Source: an uncultured delta proteobacterium (lineage in GTDB: Bacteria; Desulfobacterota; Binatia; UBA9968). From it: a stretch of 64,000 bases of DNA. The DNA is taken from positions 1 to 64,000 of the forward strand of contig CAVUVW010000026.1 of assembly GCA_963745035.1 (NCBI GenBank), in the 5' to 3' direction. This document shows, one piece after another, positions 10,454 to 21,247 of the stretch. The notes under the pieces were generated by a model. It made no database searches. It saw nothing but the letters and a program-made list of their open reading frames with translations, and was not told the DNA's origin. A program made the translations under genes and the position numbers. Numbering within the stretch: position 1 is the first letter of the stretch; the number at the start of each line of letters is the position of its first letter.

Positions 10454-11536
10454 CTAGAGGCCGTACAAAGCCTTCGCGTTGTGCGACAGGATTTTTTCCT
10501 TCACCGCGGCGTCGATGCCTTCCATGCGCTGAAACTCGTTCAACGCGGTGACCGCGCTGGACGGATCGGTGTGGCCGTAGTCGGTGCCGATCACCAACCG
10601 GTCTTCGCCGCAACAGCGGACGATATACGGCACGTCGTCGTTGGTCTGGCAGGTGACGAAGATATTGTATTCCTCGAATACGTTCCTGGGAAAACTCCGG
10701 CCGCCGGCGCGGTAGCGGATCGCCGCTTCGCGATAAATCCACGGCACCCACTGAGCCGATGCTTCGACAAATCCCCAGCGGAGCTTGGGGAACACTTCGT
10801 GCAGCTCGCTCATGATCACGTCGAAACAGGCGGTCACCGTGGGCACGCGGAACTGCGCGAAGCGGCCCGCCGGCGCTAAACGATAAAGATCGGCGTTCTC
10901 CGGATTGCCGTTGGCGATATGGACGGCGATCGCCAGGTCGAGGTCGGCGGCGATCTGATAGAGCGGATAGAAATAGGGATCGGACAAATGGCGCTCGCCT
11001 TCGAGCGGCCGCATGCACACGGCAGCTGCGCCGTTCTCCCTGGCAAACTTGATCTCTTCGATCGCTGCATCGATGCTCATCGCCGGCACGACGCAAGAAT
11101 AGAATAATCGTCCATTACTTTTCTTGGAGATATCGGCCAGCCACCGGTTCCAACTGCGGCAGAGCGCCGCCTCGGCATCGGGCCGGGTGGTAATGCGCTC
11201 GATCCAGAAAGTGTTGTGCAGCACCTGCACATCGATGCCTAATTCGTCCATGTGCTTGAGGCGCAGATCGACGTCGTCGAGCTCCCGCGCCGCTTGGGGC
11301 GTTTCGAAGTTTCTTCCGGCTCGCTCCGCGAATTCATGGAGCTCGCGTTCGGTCAAAGTAAGGAAGCGAAAGCCGGCGATCTTGTCGTCGATCACCCAGT
11401 ACTGCCGTGTCGGATCCGCCGGGGCGGAGTAGAGCTTGGGTCGGAACCTCTGTTCGGACGGGTCGAGATAATCCCAGGTGCGCTCGGTTTCGATGACGTG
11501 GGCGTCGGCGTCGATGATAGGAAGCGAATTGGCCAT
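10454..11536 (-). CDS. Amidohydrolase_2 family protein
   Basis: IDADAHVIE, CRSWNRW, IGTDYGH. Confidence 0.92.
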   Translation of the reverse strand: MANSLPIIDADAHVIETERTWDYLDPSEQRFRPKLYSAPADPTRQYWVIDDKIAGFRFLTLTERELHEFAERAGRNFETPQAARELDDVDLRLKHMDELGIDVQVLHNTFWIERITTRPDAEAALCRSWNRWLADISKKSNGRLFYSCVVPAMSIDAAIEEIKFARENGAAAVCMRPLEGERHLSDPYFYPLYQIAADLDLAIAVHIANGNPENADLYRLAPAGRFAQFRVPTVTACFDVIMSELHEVFPKLRWGFVEASAQWVPWIYREAAIRYRAGGRSFPRNVFEEYNIFVTCQTNDDVPYIVRCCGEDRLVIGTDYGHTDPSSAVTALNEFQRMEGIDAAVKEKILSHNAKALYGL

Positions 11537-11570
11537 GGCGGCACCTCCTCACATTCGCAGCAATGGTTTG

Positions 11571-11599
11571 ACCGTATTTTGCCGTGGCGGCACTGTCAA
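11571..11599 (-). promoter_or_regulatory. Possible sigma70 promoter for 10454-11536
   Basis: Minus strand TTGACA-17 bp-TACGGT. Confidence 0.4.
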
Positions 11600-11680
11600 G
11601 ACGGAATTGTCTTGACTCTACTTCATTCTCGATAACATATGAATACGAAGTTTGCTGGAATGACCAAGGGAGGCGATCTG

Positions 11681-12839
11681 ATGAAAAGCGCCTACGGTCT
11701 CAAGATTCCGGAACCCGATCCCACTCTCACTCGCGTCGGATCGGGCACGCCGTGCGGCGAATTGATGCGCCGTTACTGGCAACCGGTGTGTTTGTCCGAA
11801 GATCTCAAGGATCTGCCGAAGGCGGTCAAGATCCTCGGCGAAGACCTGGTCGCGTTTCGCGACGGCGCGGGGAGGGCGGGACTTTTCTTTTTCCGCTGCA
11901 GCCACCGCGGCACTTCGCTCGAATACGGTCGCGTCGAGGAGCGAGGCCTGCGCTGTTGTTATCACGGCTGGCTTTACGATGTCGAAGGCAACGTGCTGGA
12001 GATGCCGCTCGAGCCGACCAGGTAATCCGTTTCTCAAGCAGATCCAACACCCGTGCTATCCGGTGCGAGAGTTCGGCGGTCTGGTATTCGCGTACATGGG
12101 CCCGCTCGACAAAATGCCGGAGTTTCCGCTTTACGACGTGTGGCAAAAAAGCGGCGGCATGCTCAAGGCGCGCATGGGACCTCGGGTCGGCGGGCCGTTG
12201 AATTGCAACTGGCTGCAGGCCGAAGAAAATCTCATGGATGCGTTGCATACGTTCTGGCTCCACACCCGGCACAGCGGCGCGCAGTTTCCATCGCAAGTTT
12301 ATGGCGTCGATCCAGACGACTTGCTTTACGAAGAAACGGATATGGGCATGCGCTTCGTGCTGAGGCGAAAGCTCGAAAACGGCAAATGGTGGGAGCTTAT
12401 CTGGGAAATGATCATGCCGCTCAACGTGCATCTGGTTTATACCGACGAGCCGAAGACCGAACGAGTGCGCGCTGTGACTTATTGCGTGCCGGTCGACGAT
12501 GCGCATCAACTCGGCGCGAGCATTCGCTGGCTGGCGGACGGTGAAAACGAAACGCCTTCAGGCCGCGAACAACTTGCTCCCGGCGGGCGCAAAAACTCGA
12601 GTTACGAATACACCCAGCGCCACCCCGACGATAAGGAAGCCGTGGAAGGGCAGGGACCGATCGCGCTGCACGGTCTCGAGCATTTGGTAACGTCGGACAA
12701 AGGCGTGATGCTGTTCCGAAAAATTCTCAGGAAAGCAATTCAGGGGGTGGCGCAAGGCGAAGACCCCAAAGGAATTCTCCGCGATCCGGCGAAAGCGTCT
12801 TGCGTTCGCACCAGCGCTGGAAGCGTTGTGAGAGATTAA
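11681..12839 (+). CDS. Rieske non-haem iron oxygenase alpha subunit (phthalate 4,5-dioxygenase-like), frameshift near 12020
   Basis: CSHRG...CCYHGW Rieske motif; ENLMDALH..WLH mononuclear iron site; EHLVTSDKGV. Confidence 0.9.
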
Positions 12840-12869
12840 GGTCGTTCGCTGGAGCCCGGCGCGACAGCC

Positions 12870-14459
12870 TTAGCGCCCGCTCGCACGCTTGGACACAACC
12901 GATTTGTCGATCGCTTCGCCCCAGCGGGTGAGAAACGTCAGCAGGAATTCACTTTTTTTGCCGGTTCGACGGCCAGTGGTGCCAGCGCCATGGCGACCGC
13001 GAGAGCGATATGATAGCCGATCGAGCGCGATGCCAGCGCGCGGCAGTAGGCCGGATGGGCGCGATTGACCCACACCGTCGATTCGACCAACCGTCCGAGC
13101 TTCACGTCCTCGGAACGATCTTCGAATTGAATATCGAGGCCATAGTGTGCCGGTCGGCGTCCACCCGCCTTGCCTGGCAACTGAAGCACATCACCAGGCG
13201 TGGTTAAGCCGGCACCCGGCTCATTCACCGTCGGATTTTCCGACGAGCCGTTTTCCCGGCTCGGGCCGGTTTCGTTCGGGTAATCCTCGCTCCGCTCCCC
13301 CGATCCGCGCAAAGAGGCAGCGACGAAGGCGCGCGCTTCCCCGTTAGCGCCTGGCGATCCGAATGCCAGACGCTTTTGTCCGCCCGCGCGCTGTTCCACC
13401 AGACTGGCAAGCAGCGGAAAATCATCGGCCAGATCTTCGAGCAGATGCGCGAGATCGCGTTGCAGCGGGCGCACTTCGCGCGGCGGCGCTTGGTCGCTCG
13501 CCGCCGGGGCGTCGCCCCATTCGGAGAGTTGTCGGGCAACCGCCTGTTGGATGGCCTTGCGAAACGTCAGATAGGTCGGCGCCACGAGCGCCCGTTCTGA
13601 TGAAGTCTCCCTTATTCAACGTCAGGCAGGCGGCCAATTCCGGCACTTCGATCAAACCAGCGATGCGTTCGGGCGCGGCCGGCGTCATGCCCAACCAATC
13701 CCAGCCGCGGCGAATCACTTTGCCGTAGGTGCTGATCGCGAGACCGCGCTGCTCTTCCGCAAGCGTGTGATCTTGGCGAATCAGATAACCCAACGCCGAA
13801 GGTTTGCGCTTGCGCATCATGCGAATTTCCAGCGGCGCTTGCAGCGACGCATCCGAGTGCTGCCTAGGCAAACGGCAGCCGTTGACATCGACGGCGATGG
13901 CTTTGTGGTAGTGGGCGGCGAGAAACTCATCGAACATCGGATCGAGTAATGGTTGAAAATGACGCCGGAGTGTTTCCTCGAGAAATCCTGGATCGAGCAG
14001 GGGCGAAAGGGGATTGCGCAATTTTAACCGCACCGCGGTGCCGCGTTCGGCCACCAAGCCGGGAGGGGCCGTCCATTTCCACGGCGCCCGGTGCCGCGAG
14101 GCCATGTGCCATGAGGTCGCGACATGATTCTTGCCGCGGCGCGTTTCCGCCAGCACCTCCTCGCATATCAGCAGCCCGAGCTTGATGCCGACCCCCGCGA
14201 AGCCGATGCCTTGGCCACGCACTTTGCTGCTTGCGGCGATATCGTGAAAGCGCGCGAGTTCGCGGCGCTGCATGCCCGAGCCGTTGTCCACGGCCGTCAA
14301 TGTGCTTTGCGCCGCGTCGGCCTCAAAAGAGATCAGCGATGCGCCCGAGTCGAGGGCGTTGGCCATGATCTCGGTGAGGATGGTCTCCTCGAGGGAACCG
14401 GGATACGCATCCCGCAAATCTTCCAGCAGGTGAAGTAAGTCTACGCGGGTCTCACCCAT
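12870..14459 (-). CDS. GHKL (HATPase_c_3, MORC/MutL-like) ATPase, two frameshifts (~13590, ~12955)
   Basis: EIMANALD, DNGSGM and GIGFAGVGIK Bergerat-fold boxes; C-terminal VWVNRAHPAY in the downstream frame. Confidence 0.75.
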
Positions 14460-14487
14460 GTGAAGCTTTCTCCAGCGCCACTCGAAG

Positions 14488-15156
14488 TTACTTCAAGTGC
14501 TTGGCGAAGAAAGTGGTCGTGCGCTCCCACGCCAGCTTGGCGCATTCGGCGTTATAATTTTGCCCGGTCTCGTTGCCGAACGCATGGCCGGCCTTGTACC
14601 AGTAAGATTCGAAAGGCACTTTGCCCTCGCGCAGCTTGGCTTCCAGAGCTCTGGCATTGTCCGGGGCGAATGCCGCGTCGTCCTCGGCAAGGTGAAGTTG
14701 CAACGGAGTCGTAATCTTTCTTACGTCTCCGGCTTGGTCCGGTGGAAAGCCGTACCAGGACGAACAGGCATCGGCTTCCTTCACATACATGGCGGCGAGG
14801 ACGGTGAGCGCGCCGCCCATGCAAAAACCGACCACACCAACCTTGGCGCTTGTCTGTTTTAGATGCTGCGTCGCGCCGCGGACGTCCTGCGTTGCCGCGT
14901 CGCCGAAATTCAAACTCGTCATCAGATGATTGGCTTCGGCGGCATCCAGGGTCACCTTGCCCTTGTAAAGGTCAGGCACCAAAGCTCGATAGCCGAGACC
15001 GGCCAGGCGGTCCGCTACACCCTTGATCTGGTCGTTCAACCCCCACCACTCCTGAATGACGACGACGCCGGGCGCTTTGTCATTGCCGGCAGGTCCGCTC
15101 AGATAACCTTTGCATTCGCCTCCATCGGGCCGTTTGAACGTGATTATCTGTCCCAT
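14488..15156 (-). CDS. Dienelactone hydrolase family protein
   Basis: IQEWWGL, GFCMGG nucleophile motif, AGHAFGN. Confidence 0.95.
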   Translation of the reverse strand: MGQIITFKRPDGGECKGYLSGPAGNDKAPGVVVIQEWWGLNDQIKGVADRLAGLGYRALVPDLYKGKVTLDAAEANHLMTSLNFGDAATQDVRGATQHLKQTSAKVGVVGFCMGGALTVLAAMYVKEADACSSWYGFPPDQAGDVRKITTPLQLHLAEDDAAFAPDNARALEAKLREGKVPFESYWYKAGHAFGNETGQNYNAECAKLAWERTTTFFAKHLK

Positions 15157-15307
15157 AATTTACCTCCTCGTCAGGAAGAAATTCTATAGGCCAGCTAATG
15201 GCACCGCTGCCGTGGAAGTCAAGGCGGCAAAATAATTTTTCGGTTTCCAGCAAGCGCCGAGCAGTTTACGACTGCGGAATCCAGGATAAACGGCCCTGCC
15301 GGTTCCG

Positions 15308-16354
15308 CTAATTCTTAACGCCGCGGTTCTTATCTTTGGCTTCGTCGATGATCGGCTGGATTTTATTTTTGAGCCCCGGATTGAGTTGGAAGGCTCTTTG
15401 GAAATCCGCGTCCGCGTCTTTTTCTTTGCCTTGATAGACGCGCATGATGCCACGATACACGTAGGCGTCGGCGTTCTTCGGCTGCAGCGCGATCACTTCG
15501 CCGAAGTCCCGGGCGGCGTAGTCGTGCTTGCCGGCGCGCAGATAGGCGAGGCCGCGATTGAAGGTCGCTTCGGGATCTTTCGCATTGATGCGCAACGCTT
15601 CGCTGTAATCGTCGATGGCATCTTCAAATTTGCCCAGCCGCGTCTTCGCCAGGCCGCGATTATAGAACGCTTCGGCGGATTTGGGATTCACGCGCAGGGT
15701 CTCGTCGAAGTCGCGGATGGCTTCGGAATATTGTTTGAGATCGGCGTGGGCGATACCGCGGTTGTAAAATGCTTCGCTGAGCTTGGGATCGCGGCTCACG
15801 GCGCTATCGTAATCGCGGATCGCCTCCTCCTTCTTGCCCAAAGCGAGATAGGCATTGCCGCGATTGTAGTAGTTCTGCGCGTCCTTGGCGTCGATGCGGA
15901 TCGCTTCGGAGAAATCCTGCGCCGCCGGCTCGTAGCGCTGGGCGTCAAAGTGTAGGCTGCCGCGGTTGACGTAGCTGCGCGCATCGTCGGGAGCCAACTT
16001 GATGGCGGCGTTGTAATCGCTGAGCGCCGCCGGCAGTTGCTTCGAGCGCCGGTGGGCGTTGCCACGGTTGTAGTAGGCTTCGGCGTCCTTCGGGTTCAGG
16101 CGCAATACCTGGCTGTAATCCTTGATTGCTTGCTGATCCAAGCCAAGATCGTAGTAGGCGTTGCCGCGGTTAAAATAGGCTTCGGCCATTTTCGGGTGGG
16201 CTTTGATGACTTTGTCGTACTCGGTAATCGCTTCTGCCAGTTTGCCCGCTTCGTGCAGCTCGATCGCGACTTTGAGCGGCTCCTGAACCCCGGCGGCCCA
16301 GGCAGACGCGTTGAATGCCGTGATGACGGCCAACAACAGAGTTTTGAGAATCAT
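15308..16354 (-). CDS. Exported tetratricopeptide repeat protein
   Basis: Signal peptide followed by about 9 TPRs (AYFNRG..Y..L...A..DY..A..LNP). Confidence 0.93.
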   Translation of the reverse strand: MILKTLLLAVITAFNASAWAAGVQEPLKVAIELHEAGKLAEAITEYDKVIKAHPKMAEAYFNRGNAYYDLGLDQQAIKDYSQVLRLNPKDAEAYYNRGNAHRRSKQLPAALSDYNAAIKLAPDDARSYVNRGSLHFDAQRYEPAAQDFSEAIRIDAKDAQNYYNRGNAYLALGKKEEAIRDYDSAVSRDPKLSEAFYNRGIAHADLKQYSEAIRDFDETLRVNPKSAEAFYNRGLAKTRLGKFEDAIDDYSEALRINAKDPEATFNRGLAYLRAGKHDYAARDFGEVIALQPKNADAYVYRGIMRVYQGKEKDADADFQRAFQLNPGLKNKIQPIIDEAKDKNRGVKN

Positions 16355-17202
16355 GGGGCTACCCGTTGGTTGGGCGTGGTGTCCAGGGTCATGAGCGGCT
16401 CGAGCTTGGCTTTGAGGCCCGGATCCAAGTCCATCGCCCTGGTGAAGTCCTTCCGCGCCTCGTCGATTTTTCGCTGGCGAAGCTTGATTGCGCCGCGATT
16501 GGCGTACATGCGCGCGTTTTTCGCGTCCAACTTGATGGCTTCGTCGTAGTCTTTGACGGCCTCCTCATATTTGCCGAGCAGCGAATAGGCATTGGCGCGG
16601 TTATTATAGATCTCGGCGTCCTTGGGATTGAGCTTGATCGCTTCGGTATAGTCCGACACGGCCTGCTCGTGGCTGCCCAGGCGGCGCTGCGCGATACCGC
16701 GCTGAGCGTAGATTTCCGGGTCCTTGGGATTGAGCTTCAACGCCTGATTGAAGTCCTGGATCGATCGCTCCCATTGGCTTTGGCCATAAAAGGCCATGCC
16801 GCGATTGAAATAGGCCTCGGCCAATTTCGGATTGTGGCGTAAAGCCTCGTCGTAGTCTTTGACCGCCGCGGGATACTGTTTCAGCTCGCTGTGCGCATTG
16901 CCGCGGAGATAGTAGACGTCCGCCAAGCCGGGGTCGAGGCGCAGCGCTTCGTCGTAGTCTTTCAAAGCGCGCTCGTGCATGCCGATTTTCGCCAGCGCGC
17001 TGCCACGCCCGACGTAGGCTTCCGCGCCGCGCGGGTCGGCTTTGATGGCGCGATCATAGGCGGAGATCGCTTCCTTGTATTTACCGGCGCGATGGTATTT
17101 GACGCCCTCGTGAAACGGATTCGGTTTCTCAGCGGCGTCCAACGCCGCTGTCGGGGCCAGCGCCAGTAGCCAGACGATTCCAATGGTCCGTTTGAGTTTC
17201 AT
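16351..17202 (-). CDS. Exported tetratricopeptide repeat protein
   Basis: Signal peptide followed by about 7 TPRs; 4-nt overlap with the downstream TPR gene. Confidence 0.93.
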   Translation of the reverse strand: MKLKRTIGIVWLLALAPTAALDAAEKPNPFHEGVKYHRAGKYKEAISAYDRAIKADPRGAEAYVGRGSALAKIGMHERALKDYDEALRLDPGLADVYYLRGNAHSELKQYPAAVKDYDEALRHNPKLAEAYFNRGMAFYGQSQWERSIQDFNQALKLNPKDPEIYAQRGIAQRRLGSHEQAVSDYTEAIKLNPKDAEIYNNRANAYSLLGKYEEAVKDYDEAIKLDAKNARMYANRGAIKLRQRKIDEARKDFTRAMDLDPGLKAKLEPLMTLDTTPNQRVAP

Positions 17203-17330
17203 GGGTAGTTATTGGTTTAGCCGATGGTCCGGGTAAAGTCTACGCGCGCGGCAGCTTTACTCGCCCTGGACAAGAACCGCGAAAAAGAATAATGATGAAA
17301 GAAATCAGCGCCGTAAAGAGGAGGAAAGAT

Positions 17331-18392
17331 ATGAGCACAGCCGCTGCGGTCAAGCGCACCGCGGAACAAGTACTGGGAAAAGATAAAATCATTTCGTCGG
17401 ACTCCCATATCATGGAGCCGCCGGATCTTTGGGAAGCTAACCTGACGCCTAGTCTCAAGACAAAATTCCCGAAGTTTCCGCCGCGCAACACCGCGGGCGA
17501 GAAGCCGGGAGGCCACGACCCGAAGGCGCGCTTGGATGAGATGGCCGTCGACGGCGTCAGCGCCGAAGTTCTATACGCCACCCACGGCTTGCGCCTCTAC
17601 GCATTGGAAGACGCGGAGCTTCAGGAAACCTGCTTCCAGATCGCCAACGATTGGATGATCGATTACTGCAAATCGGCGCCGGGGCGGCTGTTCGGCATCC
17701 CGATGATCTCCATGTACAATATCCCGAACGCCATCAAAGAGCTAGAACGTTGCAAGAAGCAGGGCATGATCGGCTGCATGATCTGGCAGGTACCGCCCGA
17801 CCATCTGCCGTTTACCAGCGACTACTACAATCCATTCTGGGAAGCGGCATCGGATCTCGACATGCCGGTGAACGTGCACATCCTGACCGGGTTCAACTAT
17901 AGCCGCTTCGACCGCAAGGGCCTGGATACCTATCGGATGACCGTCAATCAGAAGCTCACCGACGCGGCGAATACGCTATTTGATTTCGTCTTCGGCGGGG
18001 CGTTGGCAAAGCACCCGAAACTAAAACTCGTCTACGTGGAGAACGAAGTGGGTTGGATCCCGTTTTACTGCCACGAGTGGGACAAGTACTTCGTGCGCCA
18101 CGGCCCCAAAGCGCCGCTGCCGTACATGCAAAAGCTGCCGAGCGAGTACGTGCAGGAGCAGGTGTTCGCGACCTTCTTCAGCGACCCGTGCGGCGGGCGC
18201 ATGATGGACTGGTTCGGCGAAAACAATTTCATGTGGTCGAGCGATTATCCGCACGCGGCGTCGACCTGGCCGCACTCGCGCCAAGTCATCGCCGACGAGC
18301 TCGGCCATCTGCCGAAACCCGTCATCGACAAAGTCGTGCGCCACAACGTGATCGATCTCTATCATCTAAAAGTCGATGGTGTGAACAACTAA
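17331..18392 (+). CDS. Amidohydrolase_2 family protein
   Basis: ISSDSHIMEP, VHILTG, WSSDYPH. Confidence 0.92.
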   Translation: MSTAAAVKRTAEQVLGKDKIISSDSHIMEPPDLWEANLTPSLKTKFPKFPPRNTAGEKPGGHDPKARLDEMAVDGVSAEVLYATHGLRLYALEDAELQETCFQIANDWMIDYCKSAPGRLFGIPMISMYNIPNAIKELERCKKQGMIGCMIWQVPPDHLPFTSDYYNPFWEAASDLDMPVNVHILTGFNYSRFDRKGLDTYRMTVNQKLTDAANTLFDFVFGGALAKHPKLKLVYVENEVGWIPFYCHEWDKYFVRHGPKAPLPYMQKLPSEYVQEQVFATFFSDPCGGRMMDWFGENNFMWSSDYPHAASTWPHSRQVIADELGHLPKPVIDKVVRHNVIDLYHLKVDGVNN

Positions 18393-18419
18393 ATTTTAAA
18401 CAGCTTGAAAGGAGCACTC

Positions 18420-18902
18420 ATGCAAACAGCGAGAAAATTGGAACCTACGGAAAAACCCAAGACGCAAAAGTTTTCGCTCCGGACCCCTTACATGAAGCAG
18501 GGCCGGATCACTCAGTTGGTCGCGGAAACCGACAACATGTGGATTCACACCAAGATCAACTACGAAGGCGGCGAGAACGAGATTCACTGTCATCTCGATG
18601 AAGACCATTCGTTCATCGTGCTCGAAGGGCAGATGAGCGTCTTCGACGAAAACGGCGGCGAGATCAAGGTGGAAAAACATCAAGGCGTCATGATTCCCAA
18701 GGGCGCCTACTATCGCTACCACAACACCGGCAAGGAAAACTTAGTCGTGATCCGCGTCGGCGCCGGCGTCAAAGGCCAGAAGCAGGGCGGCGAAGAGATG
18801 CGCGTTCGCCCGGACGGCAAGCCGTTGCCGGCGTACTCGGCGGAGAACAAGACCGTGGACCCGATCGAGGACACGAGATTTTTCGCGGACTCGGCCGGAT
18901 AG
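18420..18902 (+). CDS. Cupin domain protein
   Basis: GGENEIHCHLDEDHSFIVLEG and IPKGAYY cupin motifs. Confidence 0.85.
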   Translation: MQTARKLEPTEKPKTQKFSLRTPYMKQGRITQLVAETDNMWIHTKINYEGGENEIHCHLDEDHSFIVLEGQMSVFDENGGEIKVEKHQGVMIPKGAYYRYHNTGKENLVVIRVGAGVKGQKQGGEEMRVRPDGKPLPAYSAENKTVDPIEDTRFFADSAG

Positions 18903-18932
18903 TGTCGAAACCGTATTGAACAGCATTCATAT

Positions 18933-18962
18933 CACCGGCCACTGACCTTTCAGTGGCCGGTG
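18933..18962. other. Intergenic 13-bp-stem hairpin
   Basis: CACCGGCCACTGA-cctt-TCAGTGGCCGGTG, no U-tract. Confidence 0.5.
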
Positions 18963-18979
18963 TCGTTTTGGGAGGCGAT

Positions 18980-19540
18980 ATGACCCAAGCTATTCGGCCC
19001 ATGCCCGAAGAAATGCCGGTCGAGTTGTGGCGCGGCTTCAAGCCGGCGAGCGCGGCGTGGCGGGGAAGCGTCGTCGAGATTTTCGTCGCACCGGAATCCG
19101 CCGCTGAGATGGTGCCGCTTCCCGAGGTCCAGGCATTTGCCGACCGCGGGCTGCAAGGCGACCGTTTCCTGCGCGATTCGTGGAATGCCGTCAATCGCTC
19201 GGATAAGGCGGTGAGCCTCATCGAAGACGAAGTTCTGCAACTCGCCGCGCAGGAGCTCGGCGTCGCATCGATCGCCCAGAAGAGCCGCCGCAATATCGTC
19301 ACCCGGGGCGTGCCGCTGGTCGAGCTGCTCCATCGGGAATTTACCGTTGGCGGCGTGCGCATGCGCGGCATTCGCTTGTTCGAGCCCTGCGGCCATCTGG
19401 TCAAAGTTTCCAAGCTGCCAGGTATCTTCAAAGCGCTCGATCATCGCAGCGGCTTGAAGGCCGCGATTCTGAGCGACGGTGTGATCCGGGTCGGCGACAA
19501 GATCGCGCTCGAACCGGCCGCGGAGAGGGCAACCGCCTAA
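18980..19540 (+). CDS. MOSC domain protein
   Basis: GLQGDRF, SRRNIVTRG, FEPCGHL, G.IRVGD. Confidence 0.9.
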   Translation: MTQAIRPMPEEMPVELWRGFKPASAAWRGSVVEIFVAPESAAEMVPLPEVQAFADRGLQGDRFLRDSWNAVNRSDKAVSLIEDEVLQLAAQELGVASIAQKSRRNIVTRGVPLVELLHREFTVGGVRMRGIRLFEPCGHLVKVSKLPGIFKALDHRSGLKAAILSDGVIRVGDKIALEPAAERATA

Positions 19541-19558
19541 CATAAGTCACAAAGAAGA

Positions 19559-19638
19559 TTCACCGCAGAGACGCGGAGAACGCTGAGGGAGAGTCTTATT
19601 TACTTCCGACTCCGCGAACTCAGCGTCTCTGCGGTGAA
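19559..19638. repeat. Miniature inverted-repeat element (TTCACCGCAGAGACGC...GCGTCTCTGCGGTGAA)
   Basis: Perfect 16-bp terminal inverted repeats with a further imperfect internal IR. Confidence 0.8.
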
Positions 19639-19652
19639 AATACCAGACGACG

Positions 19653-20588
19653 ATGGATTTTGGTCTGCATCTCCCGGCATCAACGGCAACGGTGAAAGCC
19701 CAAGATCTCGTTCGCTTTGCCCAGCAAGCCGAGGCGTTGGGCTTTTACTGTCTGACGGTCGCCGACCACGTGATCGTACCGCGCGATATTTCCGTGCCGT
19801 ATCCCTACACGGTGGACGGCAAATATCCCGGCACCGGCTATCATCTCGAGACCCTGATGACGATGGGCTTTCTCGCCGGCTCGACGAACCGCATCCGCTT
19901 CGCAACGAGCGTGATGATCGCGCCGTACCGCAATCCGATCGTGACAGCGAAGATGCTTGCCAGTCTCGACGTGCTCTCCAACGGCAGAGTCATCGTCGGA
20001 CTCGGCGTCGGTTGGATGAAGGAGGAATTCGAGAATTTAAATGCGCCGGCCTACGAAGAGCGCGGCAAAGTCACCGACGAATACATCAGAGCATTCCGCG
20101 AGCTTTGGTCGAGTGATAATCCCAAGTTCAGCGGCAAGCACTGTCAATTTTCCAACATCGTCTTTCTGCCCAAGCCGGTCCAAAAGCCGGGAATTCCCAT
20201 CTGGATCGGCGGCCACAGCAAGCAGGCTTTACGCCGCGCCGGGGAACTCGGCGACGGTTGGCATCCGATCGGCGGCGTGCCGACGATTCCGCTCGAGCCC
20301 GAAGACGTGAAAAAGGATTTCGCGCTGCTTGCGGGCTACGCGCAAAAGGCCGGCCGCGACCCGAAGTCCATTCGCGTCGCGCTGAAAGGTTCGCTCTTCG
20401 ATAAAGAGAAAAAAATCGACGGCCGCCGCCGACGCTTCATGGGCACCGCCGAGGAAATCGCCGGCGACATCCGCGATTACGGTGCCGCGGGGGTCGATAC
20501 GATGATCTTCGACGTGCGCCGACCCAGCATCAACGAAACGCTGGAGCGAATGGAGTGGATGGCGAACGAAGTGTTTCCAAACATTTAG
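19653..20588 (+). CDS. LLM class (luciferase-like), probably F420-dependent oxidoreductase
   Basis: ADHVIVP, LDVLSNGRVIVGLGVGW..EEF, PKPVQ.PGIPIWIGG. Confidence 0.9.
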   Translation: MDFGLHLPASTATVKAQDLVRFAQQAEALGFYCLTVADHVIVPRDISVPYPYTVDGKYPGTGYHLETLMTMGFLAGSTNRIRFATSVMIAPYRNPIVTAKMLASLDVLSNGRVIVGLGVGWMKEEFENLNAPAYEERGKVTDEYIRAFRELWSSDNPKFSGKHCQFSNIVFLPKPVQKPGIPIWIGGHSKQALRRAGELGDGWHPIGGVPTIPLEPEDVKKDFALLAGYAQKAGRDPKSIRVALKGSLFDKEKKIDGRRRRFMGTAEEIAGDIRDYGAAGVDTMIFDVRRPSINETLERMEWMANEVFPNI

Positions 20589-20672
20589 GATCTGTTCGTT
20601 CGTCAGGCCGCGTCATTTGAGGCGAAGTCCGGTAACGCATTGGCGGCGTTCGGACTAATTGCTGCCGACGCC

Positions 20673-21202
20673 ATGCGCATACTGCTCGTTCTACCCATCA
20701 TCGGCGCCTTGTCCTCGGCTACGGCTACTATTACGCCGCGAGCCACGGCTGGCTGTAGGTCAGCTTGATGGATACTTCGGCAAAGCCGCATGCAGCGAAC
20801 ATTCGCAATGCCGAGCTTCGCTTGCTCGACAGCGAAGGCAAGCTGCTCGCGAGCGCCAAGTCGGACGACAAATTTGGCGTGGTCAGGCTGATCCACCCCG
20901 AGGCGGGCGGTTGCTCCGCCGCGGAGAAGAACGCGTCGTCCTCGCCGGCGGCCCGGCAGCAATGGGCAAAACTGTTTTCAAATCTTGTCGCAGTGGTTGA
21001 TCGGTTGGGCGGAAAAGATTCAGTTAGCGGACGTGAAGTTTGCGGGCTGCGATATGAGAGCGTGCCGGCAACTTTGCGCAAGAGCCATGGAGACTGGTGG
21101 CTCTGGTGGGTGCCGCTGCCGCACGTCGGCGGCAAGCCGCGGACGTATTTCAGCCTATCGATCAACATCGACGGCGCGAACTGCGCCGCTCGGGCATCTT
21201 AA
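20673..21202 (+). pseudogene. Disrupted hypothetical exported/membrane-anchored protein
   Basis: MRILLVLPIIGAL hydrophobic start, frameshifts and an in-frame TAG at 20756-20758; C-terminal WWLWWVPLPH. Confidence 0.45.
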
Positions 21203-21247
21203 GCGAATCGAGTTTGGCAGCAACAAAATAAAGGATAGGATCATTGC

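Noticed and set aside
15308-17202. About 102-bp nucleotide periodicity
   Set aside because: Explained by 34-aa TPR coding repeats
20756-20758. In-frame TAG as possible pyrrolysine
   Set aside because: The gene also has frameshifts, the site fits a mutated Tyr codon, and there is no methyltransferase or pyl context
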